The translations under genes and the position numbers were made by a program. The notes beneath the pieces are model-generated. The model saw only the letters and a list, made by a program, of their open reading frames with translations, did not search any database and was not told where the DNA came from. DNA of 64,000 nucleotides from Mycobacterium phage prophiFSAT01-1. The DNA lies in sequence record BK061308.1. One strand, given 5' to 3'. The stretch's first letter is position 1. The number at the start of each line of letters is the position of its first letter. Positions 9,545 through 18,357 of the stretch are shown here, piece by piece.

Positions 9545-9852
9545 ATGAATCAACTAACACCCATGAAGACCCCATCGTCAAGCATGTGGACTCCGAAGTC
9601 CTGCTAGACATCTGGCTCGATGGATTCTCCAGCGGCATGGCGACTTTGATCCTAAACGCATCCGAGGGGCACGACGACGCGCCACCTGAGATGGTGCAGG
9701 ACGCCATGGTCCAGAGAATCGTCAGCGAAATCACGAGCGACCCGGCGGCGATGGAGACAGCGCGTCAGAAGATCTTTGCGCGCGTGCTCGGCACTCCGCA
9801 GTTCGGGACCACCAAGCTCGACCTCGCGCGGGTGGATTCTTCCGATGAATGA
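9541..9852 (+). CDS. hypothetical protein
   Basis: ATGA coupling and an acidic protein. Confidence 0.4.
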   Translation: MNESTNTHEDPIVKHVDSEVLLDIWLDGFSSGMATLILNASEGHDDAPPEMVQDAMVQRIVSEITSDPAAMETARQKIFARVLGTPQFGTTKLDLARVDSSDE

Positions 9853-10321
9853 GCTGAATATGGCGATTCGCGAGGCGATCGCGGAGGCGAGCGACGACGC
9901 TACGCCGCAGCGTATCGCGGCGGGACTGGCCGAGCAGATGACCGAAAATGAGGCCAGAACGCACCTGGTGATGTTGATGACTGACGTTGTGCGCGCGCTC
10001 ATTCGCGAACGGCGCAACACGGCTCTGGCCAAAGCGATGAGCGAGCTACGCGGCGACAAAGCGAATCAGTCACCGAAACTGGCCGCGCGCCGTGAGTGGT
10101 GGCAGGAGATGCTTGAGTCACGCGTACACGTCGGCGCGAACGACTGGAAACGACTTGGCGACTGCACCGCAGGGGATCTGGAGTTCTGCATCGCCGAGCG
10201 AGAGATTCAGATCAATCGCACGCATCAGCAGATCGACAACTACCGGCATCTGATCAAGTTGATGGACGAGCACCACGCCGAGACGGTCGATCAGTTGCCA
10301 CGAGAGGCGCTGGCGGCCTGA
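9845..10321 (+). CDS. hypothetical protein
   Basis: Start overlaps the upstream stop. Helical protein. Confidence 0.4.
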   Translation: MNELNMAIREAIAEASDDATPQRIAAGLAEQMTENEARTHLVMLMTDVVRALIRERRNTALAKAMSELRGDKANQSPKLAARREWWQEMLESRVHVGANDWKRLGDCTAGDLEFCIAEREIQINRTHQQIDNYRHLIKLMDEHHAETVDQLPREALAA

Positions 10322-10541
10322 TGATTACAGACTTCCACCCGGACCAAGTTTTGAGCGCTAACCATATTTGCGTCGTTCGGGTGGAACCAAACTACCGAGT
10401 GCGACCAGTCTCGCGGTGTGACCCATGTGGCCGCCGTCGTACTCGGTTTCAAACTTCCACCTCGGCCCATATGTGGAGCGCTATCCAATCAGCATTCGCT
10501 CCGAGGTGGAACTCCATCACAACAACACAACGGAAGGATGA
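10322..10541. repeat. structured non-coding region: two related ~55-nt hairpin units
   Basis: Two stem-loops with arms TTCCACCCGG/CCGGGTGGAA and TTCCACCTCGG/CCGAGGTGGAA. Each loop contains GAGCGCTA and CATAT(T/G)TG. The region is 220 bp between replication-associated genes. Confidence 0.45.
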
Positions 10542-11279
10542 ATGATGGGAGCGATACTGCGTGACCCGTTGATGGGTCTCCATGCGGATGTGCTGAACGA
10601 TCTCGAATCAGTCAGGATCGCCAACGAGAATCGTCTGCGCACACTCACCGACACCGGCGAAGATGGCCACGGTCTGACGCTGGACAACGCCGAAGTGGCC
10701 CGCCTGGCGGCGTTGGTGGACGCGCTGAAAGATGCTGAGAAACAGGCGACATCGAACCTACAGAGGTCGATGCGCATACACCCACTGGGCAACTGGGCCA
10801 AGCAGATGACCGGCGTGGGTGAGAAGCAACTGGCGCGACTGCTGGCGGCTATCGGTGATCCGTACTGGAACGACCTGCACGATCGTCCACGGCTGGTCTC
10901 GGAGCTGTGGTCGTACGCTGGCTACGGAGTGATCGACGGAGCGGCACCGCGGCGGCAGCGAGGTGTCAAGAGCAACTGGTCCGATGACGCACGCATGCGC
11001 GCCCGACTCATCGCAGAGAAGTGCGTGATGCAGAAGCCGACTGCGCACTATCGCCAGGTCTACGACCGAGCGCGTGAGAAGTACGCGGATGCAACGCATG
11101 CCGTGACATGCAATCGCTGTGGTCCGAAGGGTAACCCAGCGGTCGCGGGGTCACCCCTGTCGGCGGGGCATCAACACGCGCGTGCGTTGCGCGTGGTGTC
11201 CAAGGAGCTGTTGCGCGATCTGTGGATCGAGTCGCGAAGGATTCATCAAGAGCGTGCGGAGGTTCTGATTGCGGCCTAG
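10542..11279 (+). CDS. protein resembling the C-terminal (Transposase_20/HhH) domain of IS110-family transposases, with no DEDD catalytic domain
   Basis: Segment MTGVGEKQLARLLAAIGDP...LWSYAGYGV...RQRGVKSNWSDDARMRARL matches the IS110 C-terminal domain pattern from memory. The N-terminus is a coiled coil only. Confidence 0.4.
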   Translation: MMGAILRDPLMGLHADVLNDLESVRIANENRLRTLTDTGEDGHGLTLDNAEVARLAALVDALKDAEKQATSNLQRSMRIHPLGNWAKQMTGVGEKQLARLLAAIGDPYWNDLHDRPRLVSELWSYAGYGVIDGAAPRRQRGVKSNWSDDARMRARLIAEKCVMQKPTAHYRQVYDRAREKYADATHAVTCNRCGPKGNPAVAGSPLSAGHQHARALRVVSKELLRDLWIESRRIHQERAEVLIAA

Positions 11280-11459
11280 AGATCAACTACCAGGCAACTA
11301 ATCATCAATCACAACAACGAAATTGGAGAATGCGATGAAGCGCTGGATATACAAATTCCTGGGCGTCCAAGTACCGGGGTACGACGAGACGCCCGCCTAC
11401 ACGGCGACGGTCAAGCGTCTCGGATTCGACCCGGAGACCCTGGCCTGGGTGGTGTCGGC

Positions 11460-11711
11460 ATGAGTGTTCTGCCGAGCACCGAAGAAGAACTTGAGTGGGA
11501 GAGCGGCATTGGTGCGTCTCTGGACAAGCTAATCAGAGAGCACCGAGACCAGACGCGAAAGATGGGCGGAACCCCGCCGCTGAAACTGCTGGCCGGATTG
11601 CTGCACCTCACGTACAAGGCGTATGGAACCGACGAGTTTCTGAAGATCGAAGATCTGATCAACCTGTTTATCGTTGCCATTGATCGGCTTGCGCAACAGG
11701 AGATGTCGTGA
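11460..11711 (+). CDS. small protein, member 1 of a tandem triplicated family (…IDRLAQQ C-terminus)
   Basis: Three consecutive ATGA-coupled paralogs share the motifs L-x-K/L...LI-x-L-x-V-A-I/V-DRLAQQ. Confidence 0.5.
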   Translation: MSVLPSTEEELEWESGIGASLDKLIREHRDQTRKMGGTPPLKLLAGLLHLTYKAYGTDEFLKIEDLINLFIVAIDRLAQQEMS

Positions 11712-11977
11712 TGATGGATGGGACGGAGTTCACCGCCGCTATCGCCGACAAGATCGGCCAATGGGCCAAGGATGTGAACGAAGAACTCGACGAGATGATC
11801 GGCGACCACATAAAGCTGATCAAATCTGTCGCGCCTGATCGCAACGTGGCACTAGTCAGCATCGCATCACGGTTCGCCACGATGCACGAGAATCCCGAGC
11901 AGGGTGAGATCAATGAGCTGTGCAGTCTGTTGGTACTAGCCATTGACCGCCTAGCGCAGCAGCGGGAGTCGTCGTGA
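11708..11977 (+). CDS. small protein, member 2 of the tandem family
   Basis: Same family as member 1; ATGA overlap. Confidence 0.5.
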   Translation: MMMDGTEFTAAIADKIGQWAKDVNEELDEMIGDHIKLIKSVAPDRNVALVSIASRFATMHENPEQGEINELCSLLVLAIDRLAQQRESS

Positions 11978-12219
11978 CGCACCCGTTCACACCCGTACAA
12001 GAGGCGGAAGCGTTCGCCTGGTACGCCAAAGTTGGTGCGGAGCTTGATGTGATGCTTGCTTCACAGCCGAAAACCGGGCCGCTGCCCGCGAAGTTCATCG
12101 CCGGAGTGATGGCGCTTGGAGCGTCGATGAGGCCGGAGCTGAAACTGGAGAACCTGATCGATCTACTGGTCGTTGCGGTGGATCGTCTTGCGCAGCAGCG
12201 AGGTACACCCAATGGCTAG
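11974..12219 (+). CDS. small protein, member 3 of the tandem family
   Basis: Same family as member 1; ATGA overlap. Confidence 0.5.
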   Translation: MTHPFTPVQEAEAFAWYAKVGAELDVMLASQPKTGPLPAKFIAGVMALGASMRPELKLENLIDLLVVAVDRLAQQRGTPNG

Positions 12220-12451
12220 ACAGTCTCGCACCGTCTACAGCTTCCCTGGCGAGCCTGAAGTGCAGTTCATGGGCATTTGCCATGACTGCAATCAGGCGCA
12301 GCCGTTCCTGAATGCACGGTCACGTGATGAGTGGGTGGACGACCATCGCACCTCTCACGGTCACCAGATCACGAAAACGGTTGAGGTGCATACCGGATTG
12401 GCCCGTGTCGAATGCACGATGAATTTTCAGGGAGAGGTGATGAAACGATGA
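12212..12451 (+). CDS. hypothetical protein
   Basis: Coupled ORF starting at MARQSR. Confidence 0.35.
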   Translation: MARQSRTVYSFPGEPEVQFMGICHDCNQAQPFLNARSRDEWVDDHRTSHGHQITKTVEVHTGLARVECTMNFQGEVMKR

Positions 12452-12981
12452 ACCAAGGGCCAAGCAACAAGCACTGGCTGCGAAAACTGCTGCGGCGTGA
12501 GCCGCATCAGCTCATATACAACAGTCATGGTGAGCTGTATCTGAGACGCTGGTACGTCATTCCGCGTAACCCGCTGCTGAATGTCTATGTCCACCAATTT
12601 ATTCACAGTGACGACGATCGCGCGCCACACGACCACCCGTGGTGGTTCGTGTCGTGGGTGCTCAAGGGTCACTACTTCGAGCACACCGACGCTGGCGTGA
12701 TCCGGCGCGAGCGTTGGTCGTGGGCGTTCCGGCGGGCAGTCCATCGGCACATCGTGAAGCTCGACACCGTTACGGTACAGGATCGATACGAGGATGGATC
12801 GTGGGCAAGAAGTGCTAGTCCGCAGGATGTTCCAGCGTGGACGCTGCTCATCACTGGCCGGCGCTTGCGCCAATGGGGATTCTGGTGCCCGACGCGGTAC
12901 ACGGTAGGACTGGAGCCGTATAACCCCGCCGCACGCTTTGTCCCGTGGCAGGACTTCGGCGCTGGTGGGTGCGGTGAGTAG
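12448..12981 (+). CDS. hypothetical protein
   Basis: ATGA overlap with the upstream gene. Confidence 0.4.
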   Translation: MNQGPSNKHWLRKLLRREPHQLIYNSHGELYLRRWYVIPRNPLLNVYVHQFIHSDDDRAPHDHPWWFVSWVLKGHYFEHTDAGVIRRERWSWAFRRAVHRHIVKLDTVTVQDRYEDGSWARSASPQDVPAWTLLITGRRLRQWGFWCPTRYTVGLEPYNPAARFVPWQDFGAGGCGE

Positions 12982-13657
12982 CCCATGCCTGGTACATCAC
13001 GTGGCCGTGGCCGCGGCCATCGCTATCCCGGTCGCAGCAGTGGGCTACGTCGCGCTGTTCTGGGAGCCACTGTCACGGGCGATCCCGTACTCCAGTGGCA
13101 TCTGTGCGAGCGGTGCGACAGACCATTCAGACACGTCAACATCAGAGCAAGGCTCTGCTACCTCTGCAACGAATCACAACGAAAGGTGTACGGAGACAGT
13201 GAAAACAACCATTGAACGCCTACGCGTCGAACGTGAAGGTGTCGTGAACTACCTGCGAAGCCTCGATGCCGAGATCGAGCGCGAGGAAATGTCAGGCATG
13301 CCGGTCGAGCCGAGCGAGCCGTTCGCGGTCGTCGCGTTCATCAAGGTTCGCGAGGACGACCAGCAACCGTTGAACTACGCAGCCATTCGCAACGGCGACA
13401 GGTGGGTGCTCACGCAGGACTCACGGTCCAACTACCCGCAGCGCTCGCGCTGCTGGGACGAACTGATGCGGTGGATCGGCCCGGACGAATGGCCGACCGT
13501 CCGCGTGTTGGTCGAGAAGCGGGACAGCCCGGTCAGTACCGATCAGATCAACATCCACGTGACTGACTCCATTGGTGGTGCTGGTGGTGGCGGCGGATTC
13601 GGTATTGGTGGCCGCCTCAGTGATCAAGCCAAACTCGGTAGGCCCGGCATTCTCTGA
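12938..13657 (+). CDS. hypothetical protein with a Gly-rich C-terminus
   Basis: Long ORF whose exact start is uncertain. C-terminal GGAGGGGGFGIGG tail. Confidence 0.4.
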   Translation: MSRGRTSALVGAVSSPCLVHHVAVAAAIAIPVAAVGYVALFWEPLSRAIPYSSGICASGATDHSDTSTSEQGSATSATNHNERCTETVKTTIERLRVEREGVVNYLRSLDAEIEREEMSGMPVEPSEPFAVVAFIKVREDDQQPLNYAAIRNGDRWVLTQDSRSNYPQRSRCWDELMRWIGPDEWPTVRVLVEKRDSPVSTDQINIHVTDSIGGAGGGGGFGIGGRLSDQAKLGRPGIL

Positions 13658-13829
13658 TGTTCGTTCTGCGAATGTGGTGGCATTCGTTTCGCGGTCATGG
13701 CGTACTCGGTGAGTCAACCGGGCGCGGTGACCGCGCGGCGTTTATGTGCTCATGTGGACGCGTATGGGAGCTGTAGTGCGCCCGTGTGGCGCACAATGAG
13801 AGGCAATCACAACACATCCGAGGAGTGCC

Positions 13830-14267
13830 ATGGGTTCGGAAACTGAGCTGATCAGCATGATCGAGATGACAATTACCGGGCACTGGCCAGACAAGCAGCA
13901 GGACACCGAGGGTGTGTCGACGCTGAGAACGGTTGCCACGGACATCGCCCGCGCCGTCAGCTATGCCGCTTTCCCGCAGCGTGTTCTAAACGGCCCTGGG
14001 CCGAGCGAGCCGATCGACTGGGGTGAGGCCATGCGCAGAGGCGGTATCACCGCCGTGGACGAGTCACCCGCCGTCAAGTACGTGCACACCATTCATGCTC
14101 CGCAGGCGATCATTGCGCGGCTGCTGGCAGGTGAAGACCTGACGAGGATGACTCGCGAAGAGTTTTTCGACACCCCCGGTGAGTGGACCGCTCTTGGTGT
14201 CGATGTTGAGACGGCGCAGCGTTTCGCGGCCATCGGTTCGGCGTCCGAAGACGGTCCGTGGATCTAG
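13830..14267 (+). CDS. hypothetical protein
   Basis: ORF with a CA-rich leader and GAGGAG ribosome-binding site upstream. Confidence 0.45.
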   Translation: MGSETELISMIEMTITGHWPDKQQDTEGVSTLRTVATDIARAVSYAAFPQRVLNGPGPSEPIDWGEAMRRGGITAVDESPAVKYVHTIHAPQAIIARLLAGEDLTRMTREEFFDTPGEWTALGVDVETAQRFAAIGSASEDGPWI

Positions 14268-14270
14268 TCC

Positions 14271-15914
14271 GTGACGGCGATGAGTGACGAAAACAATGAC
14301 GAGACGGTAACGGAACCGCCCGAAGACAATGGCGGCCAAGTCATCTCATTCAAAGAACGCATGCGCGGATTCCGCGGAAGCGACGCCGAACCGCCACCGG
14401 CACCGCGGCGCGCGACGCCTGTCGAATTCATCGGTGACGATCGCTACGGCCGCGCGGCGATGGAAAAGGAGCTGGCGATCTTGGCCGCGACACCCGAGGG
14501 TGCGCGCAACCAGCAGCTCAACACGTCCTCATTCAGCCTCGCGGGTCTGGTGCGCGCCGGGAGGATCGACGAACAGACGGCCATCAACAACCTGGTGAGC
14601 ACAGCGCGGGCTATCGGCCTAGCTGAGAGCGAGATCATGCCGACGATCCGGTCGGCGTTCCGCGGCAGTGACGCCAAAGTCGGCGCGCGGCAGGTGCCCG
14701 AGCGCGAGGAGATACCGGCCGCGTTCACGATCGACCCGAATGACCCGAGTGACACGGCTGACCCTGCTGATGCGTCGGATGTCGCGGCGGCCGAGATCAG
14801 CGACGACGAGGCAGAGCGACTACTGGCGCACCGTAGACGCGTCCAGCAGTCCGCATACGACCTCCGCGTGTCAGACGAAGGCCGAGCGCTCTACGCGGCC
14901 CAGCAGGCGCATGAGCTAGGCCAAACCGCGCCAGATCCGGTGTCGCTGACCGACTTCTTGAGCATTCCCGACGAGGACGCTGTCTATCGCATCGGTGAGC
15001 TACTGCCGGTCGGTGGCCGCGCGCTACTGGCGGCCCAGTACAAGGCCGGCAAGACGACGATGATGGCCAACCTGCTGCGCTCGCTGGCCGATGGTGTGTC
15101 ATTCCTCGGGAAGTTCACGACGACTCAGGTTGAGCGGGTCACGGTGATCGATACCGAGCTAGATGAGCGCATGTTTCGCAGATGGTTACGCGCGCAGGGC
15201 ATTCAGAACACCGAACGTGTGCAGGTGCTCCCGATGAAGGGTCATCTTGCGACGTTCAACATCATCGACCCGAGCACCCGTGCATCCTGGGCGGCCAAGC
15301 TACATGGGTCGGATTTCATCATTCTGGACTGCCTACGGCCCTGTCTGGACGCCCTCGGGCTCTCCGAGGACAAGGACGCCGGTAAGTACCTGGTCGCCTG
15401 GGATGCGTTCGTGGCCGAGACTGGGGCCGACGAGTCGATCGTGGTCCATCACATGGGCCACAGCGCCGAGCGCAGCCGCGGCGATTCCCGGCTGCTCGAT
15501 TGGCCGGATGTGCTCTGGAAAATCGTGCGGGAGCAGGCCGAGGAGGGGGAGGACCCGGCAGCCGATGGGGGTAAGCGGTTCTTCTCGGCGCACGGTCGAG
15601 ACGTGGCAGTGGCCGAAGGTTTGCTGGAGTACCTGCCGGAGACTGGCGGGTTGCTACTGCATGAGGGTGGCCGAGCGGCAACGAAAGCGCGCGACGGGCT
15701 GCCGCTGGTGGTGCAGATTCTCTCTGATCCCGAGTTCATCGGCGGCCTTGGCATGCGAGCGCTGACCGCCAAACTGGGCGAGAGCGGTGTCGGTTTCCAT
15801 GCCGCGCGCAAGATCATCAAGACCGCAATCGAGGAGTCCGTCATTCTCGTCGGTGAGGGTGCCCGTAACGCCAAGGTCATGACATTAAACCCATCTGCGG
15901 CGAGGTGGTCATGA
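14271..15914 (+). CDS. DNA primase/helicase (PriCT-like N-terminal domain plus RepA/DnaB-like P-loop ATPase)
   Basis: N-terminal AAMEKELAILAATPEGARNQQLNTSSFSLAGLVRAG (PriCT-like) and Walker A AAQYKAGKTTMMANLL. Confidence 0.65.
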   Translation: MTAMSDENNDETVTEPPEDNGGQVISFKERMRGFRGSDAEPPPAPRRATPVEFIGDDRYGRAAMEKELAILAATPEGARNQQLNTSSFSLAGLVRAGRIDEQTAINNLVSTARAIGLAESEIMPTIRSAFRGSDAKVGARQVPEREEIPAAFTIDPNDPSDTADPADASDVAAAEISDDEAERLLAHRRRVQQSAYDLRVSDEGRALYAAQQAHELGQTAPDPVSLTDFLSIPDEDAVYRIGELLPVGGRALLAAQYKAGKTTMMANLLRSLADGVSFLGKFTTTQVERVTVIDTELDERMFRRWLRAQGIQNTERVQVLPMKGHLATFNIIDPSTRASWAAKLHGSDFIILDCLRPCLDALGLSEDKDAGKYLVAWDAFVAETGADESIVVHHMGHSAERSRGDSRLLDWPDVLWKIVREQAEEGEDPAADGGKRFFSAHGRDVAVAEGLLEYLPETGGLLLHEGGRAATKARDGLPLVVQILSDPEFIGGLGMRALTAKLGESGVGFHAARKIIKTAIEESVILVGEGARNAKVMTLNPSAARWS

Positions 15915-16252
15915 CGCTGCGCAGATGCTTCGACTGTTTCAGTGTTTCAGCCAGTGAAACAGTCGAGTTGAAACAGTCAGCACGGTGTGTGACTGGCGAC
16001 TGTTTCAGAAACCCTAAAGGGTTTCTGAACACAGGTCGCGAAACAGTCACCCCGTTCACCGTATGGCTGACCGGCTCGAAACAGTGGATGAAACCCATCC
16101 GCGACGTGTTGGGTGGTCTCGCGTTCACGTTGGGTGGCCTCGTCGTGGCATCCACATCAAGCGCTGGGACATCAATCATCAACCGACGTGTGATTGAGCG
16201 TCGGGAGTCGAAACAACGCTCCAGGGAGGTTCTGGGATGTCTCACGCAGTGA
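15905..16252 (+). CDS. possible small ORF overlapping an iteron-like repeat array (coding status uncertain)
   Basis: ATGA-coupled to the primase stop, but the 5' 150 nt are AT-enriched and packed with GAAACAGTC repeats. Confidence 0.25.
   Translation: MVMTLRRCFDCFSVSASETVELKQSARCVTGDCFRNPKGFLNTGRETVTPFTVWLTGSKQWMKPIRDVLGGLAFTLGGLVVASTSSAGTSIINRRVIERRESKQRSREVLGCLTQ
15931..16090. repeat. iteron-like array: about 7 copies of GAAACAGTC / GACTGTTTC plus the palindrome CAGAAACCC-TAAA-GGGTTTCTG
   Basis: Repeats read directly from the sequence in both orientations. The array lies immediately downstream of the primase/helicase gene. Confidence 0.5.
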
Positions 16253-16704
16253 ACCTGTCGCCAGGTGGCGGACTACCCCCGCCGTTCGTGTCCTTGTTCG
16301 TGCCGGGTAAGGCAGCGCCCCAAGGGTCCAAACGTCACGTAGGCCGCGGCGTGCTGGTGGAAAGCTCCAAGGACCTCAAGCCGTGGCGGTCTGAGGTCGC
16401 ATACTTCGCTCAGCGAGCGATGTCCGGTCGGCCTATCTACACCCAGACACCGTTAGCTGTCGAACTCGGTTTCGTCATGCCGCGGCCAACATCGGCGCCC
16501 AAAACCAAAACGCCTCCGGCCATCAAACGGCCCGACACCGACAAACTGGAGCGGGCCATTCTGGATGCTCTGACGCATGTCGTCTATGACGACGATTCGG
16601 TGATCATCGATCTGCACGGGCGAAAACGAATCGCCGAGATAGGCGAGACGCCCGGCGTATCCATCTTCGTCACCCCGGTGGACGAGGCGGGCTGGAAATG
16701 GTAG
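16237..16704 (+). CDS. RusA-like Holliday junction resolvase
   Basis: GKAAPQGSKRH motif and RPDTDKLERAILDALT motif. Confidence 0.7.
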   Translation: MSHAVNLSPGGGLPPPFVSLFVPGKAAPQGSKRHVGRGVLVESSKDLKPWRSEVAYFAQRAMSGRPIYTQTPLAVELGFVMPRPTSAPKTKTPPAIKRPDTDKLERAILDALTHVVYDDDSVIIDLHGRKRIAEIGETPGVSIFVTPVDEAGWKW

Positions 16705-16833
16705 GCGTGACGTTTGGGGCGCTCCAGCCCGGTCAGTGTGCGCTCTGCGGCAAGGGTTACTCACTGGGTGCGCGAGTGACGTACCGCAGCCACGACGAAG
16801 AGCCAGTGCATGTCATCTGTGCGGAGCTGGCCG

Positions 16834-17088
16834 ATGCCGAGTAGAGAATTCGAGGCGGCCTACGAGGGTCACTGTTTCGACTGCGGCGAGATTATCGCAG
16901 TCGGTCAGCACGTCGTCTATGACGATGACGGCGATCTGGTGCATGCCGGGTGTTACAACGACCCAACGTCCTTCGACCCCAGCGGCGATGACGAGGTGCG
17001 CCCCGTCAAGTTTGTCGAGGTTAAAGAGCGCGCCGACCGAAAACCCTGCGAGTCCTGCCATCTAGTCCATGCCGGTGAGTGTTTCTGA
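16834..17088 (+). CDS. small Cys-rich protein
   Basis: CFDCGE...HAGC...CESCH pattern, coupled to neighbours. Confidence 0.35.
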   Translation: MPSREFEAAYEGHCFDCGEIIAVGQHVVYDDDGDLVHAGCYNDPTSFDPSGDDEVRPVKFVEVKERADRKPCESCHLVHAGECF

Positions 17089-17453
17089 TGACCGATCAAG
17101 ACGTACTGGAGGCCCTGGAGTTCACACCCGATCACGGGCCTTGTGAGTGCGTCAAATGCGGGCTGAACGAAGACCAGCCTGAGCACGAGGGTAGGTGCGG
17201 TAAGCCAGCCAAGTATCGCGCCGAGATGCACATGATCGACAAGTGCAACCAGCCGGGGCTTACCCCAAATGGCGGGACGATCTTCTTCGTCTGTGAGCGC
17301 TGCATGCTGATCGGCGAGCGCGTCGCGGCGCGGATAGCTGCCGCCAATCAACGGCTGATCAAGGAACGCGACTTCGTGATGATGTGCACCACATGTCAAC
17401 GGCCACTCAATGATCCACACAACATCATGGAGGTTGAACCACTCGATGAGTGA
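17088..17453 (+). CDS. small Cys-rich protein
   Basis: Multiple CxxC pairs (CECVKCG, CERCM, CTTCQ). Confidence 0.35.
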   Translation: MTDQDVLEALEFTPDHGPCECVKCGLNEDQPEHEGRCGKPAKYRAEMHMIDKCNQPGLTPNGGTIFFVCERCMLIGERVAARIAAANQRLIKERDFVMMCTTCQRPLNDPHNIMEVEPLDE

Positions 17454-18357
17454 GATACGCCGATGCAGGGCTGGCCGACTGTGCGACGGCTACGAAGTAG
17501 TCGCCGGGCAGCGTCGTGCCGCCGAAGTGAACGGCGACGCTCATCTATGCGAGGCGTGCCAGCTCAAGACGCGAAAACTGATCCGCCGCATGCCCAATGA
17601 CTGGTGCAAGCTGAAACTGACGATCGGGGAGAAGCGAGCGCGCGGCCAGACCGAGGAAATCAGCCGCAGACCCAAACCCGGATCAAAGGTACTGATCAAC
17701 GTGGACACCGCCGAGCTGATGAGCGAGATCGTCGATGTCTGCGATCGCTCTACACGGCTGGCACTAGGCAGGGGTGAGCGCAAGCGCTCCCGTGGTGACG
17801 TGGTGATCGGACAGTCATCGGCCGACAGATACGACTTCCAGGTGGTGCTCAAAGCCGTTGACGTGGTGACAAAGAACATCGACGTGCTGGCGTCCTCGCA
17901 AGAGGGAACCATGTTGGCTCTCAAGGTGTTCGACCTCGGCTATCGCGTCCGCCGACATCTCGGCGAGACACTGTACCGAGAGAAGCAACACCTACCCTGC
18001 CCCGTGTGCGGCGAGCTAGCGCTAGTCAAGGAGGTGCAGGACAAACGTCAAAGCGTCAGCTCAGCCAACCAAGAGGAGATCACGCCAGAGGTCATCCGCT
18101 GCCTGGCGTGCAACGGTGGGCCCAACCAGGACGGCACATGGACGGAGGCTGAGTATAAGTGGCTCCAGTCGATGGTTCTCACAGATCAGGAGGAGCACGA
18201 GATGCTGAAATGGCTACTTGCGGAGGCGGAATGGCAGCGCGACGTATGCGCCTGGCTGGCCGCCGAACGGCAGTGGTACCTAGAGCTGGCGTGCGCCACC
18301 ACCGGCATGCCGTGGGGACACTTCCTGACCGCGCTGGAGGGTACGGCCGACCGATGA
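17446..18357 (+). CDS. hypothetical protein with Zn-finger-like cysteines
   Basis: CEAC, CPVCG and CLACNG motifs. Confidence 0.45.
   Translation: MSEIRRCRAGRLCDGYEVVAGQRRAAEVNGDAHLCEACQLKTRKLIRRMPNDWCKLKLTIGEKRARGQTEEISRRPKPGSKVLINVDTAELMSEIVDVCDRSTRLALGRGERKRSRGDVVIGQSSADRYDFQVVLKAVDVVTKNIDVLASSQEGTMLALKVFDLGYRVRRHLGETLYREKQHLPCPVCGELALVKEVQDKRQSVSSANQEEITPEVIRCLACNGGPNQDGTWTEAEYKWLQSMVLTDQEEHEMLKWLLAEAEWQRDVCAWLAAERQWYLELACATTGMPWGHFLTALEGTADR

Noticed and set aside
10321-10545. 74-aa ORF in the structured intergenic region
   Set aside because: The region is dominated by paired hairpins, and the ORF has no ribosome-binding site and odd composition. It is treated as non-coding.
15247-15765. 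172-aa alternative-frame ORF and several minus ORFs inside the primase/helicase gene
   Set aside because: The primase/helicase frame carries Walker A and PriCT motifs. The alternative frames are Arg/Pro-rich with no start context.
15931-16090. Possible CRISPR array (repeated GAAACAGTC)
   Set aside because: The repeats are only 9 nt, occur in both orientations and have irregular spacing. There are no uniform spacers and no cas genes, so this is iteron-like rather than CRISPR.
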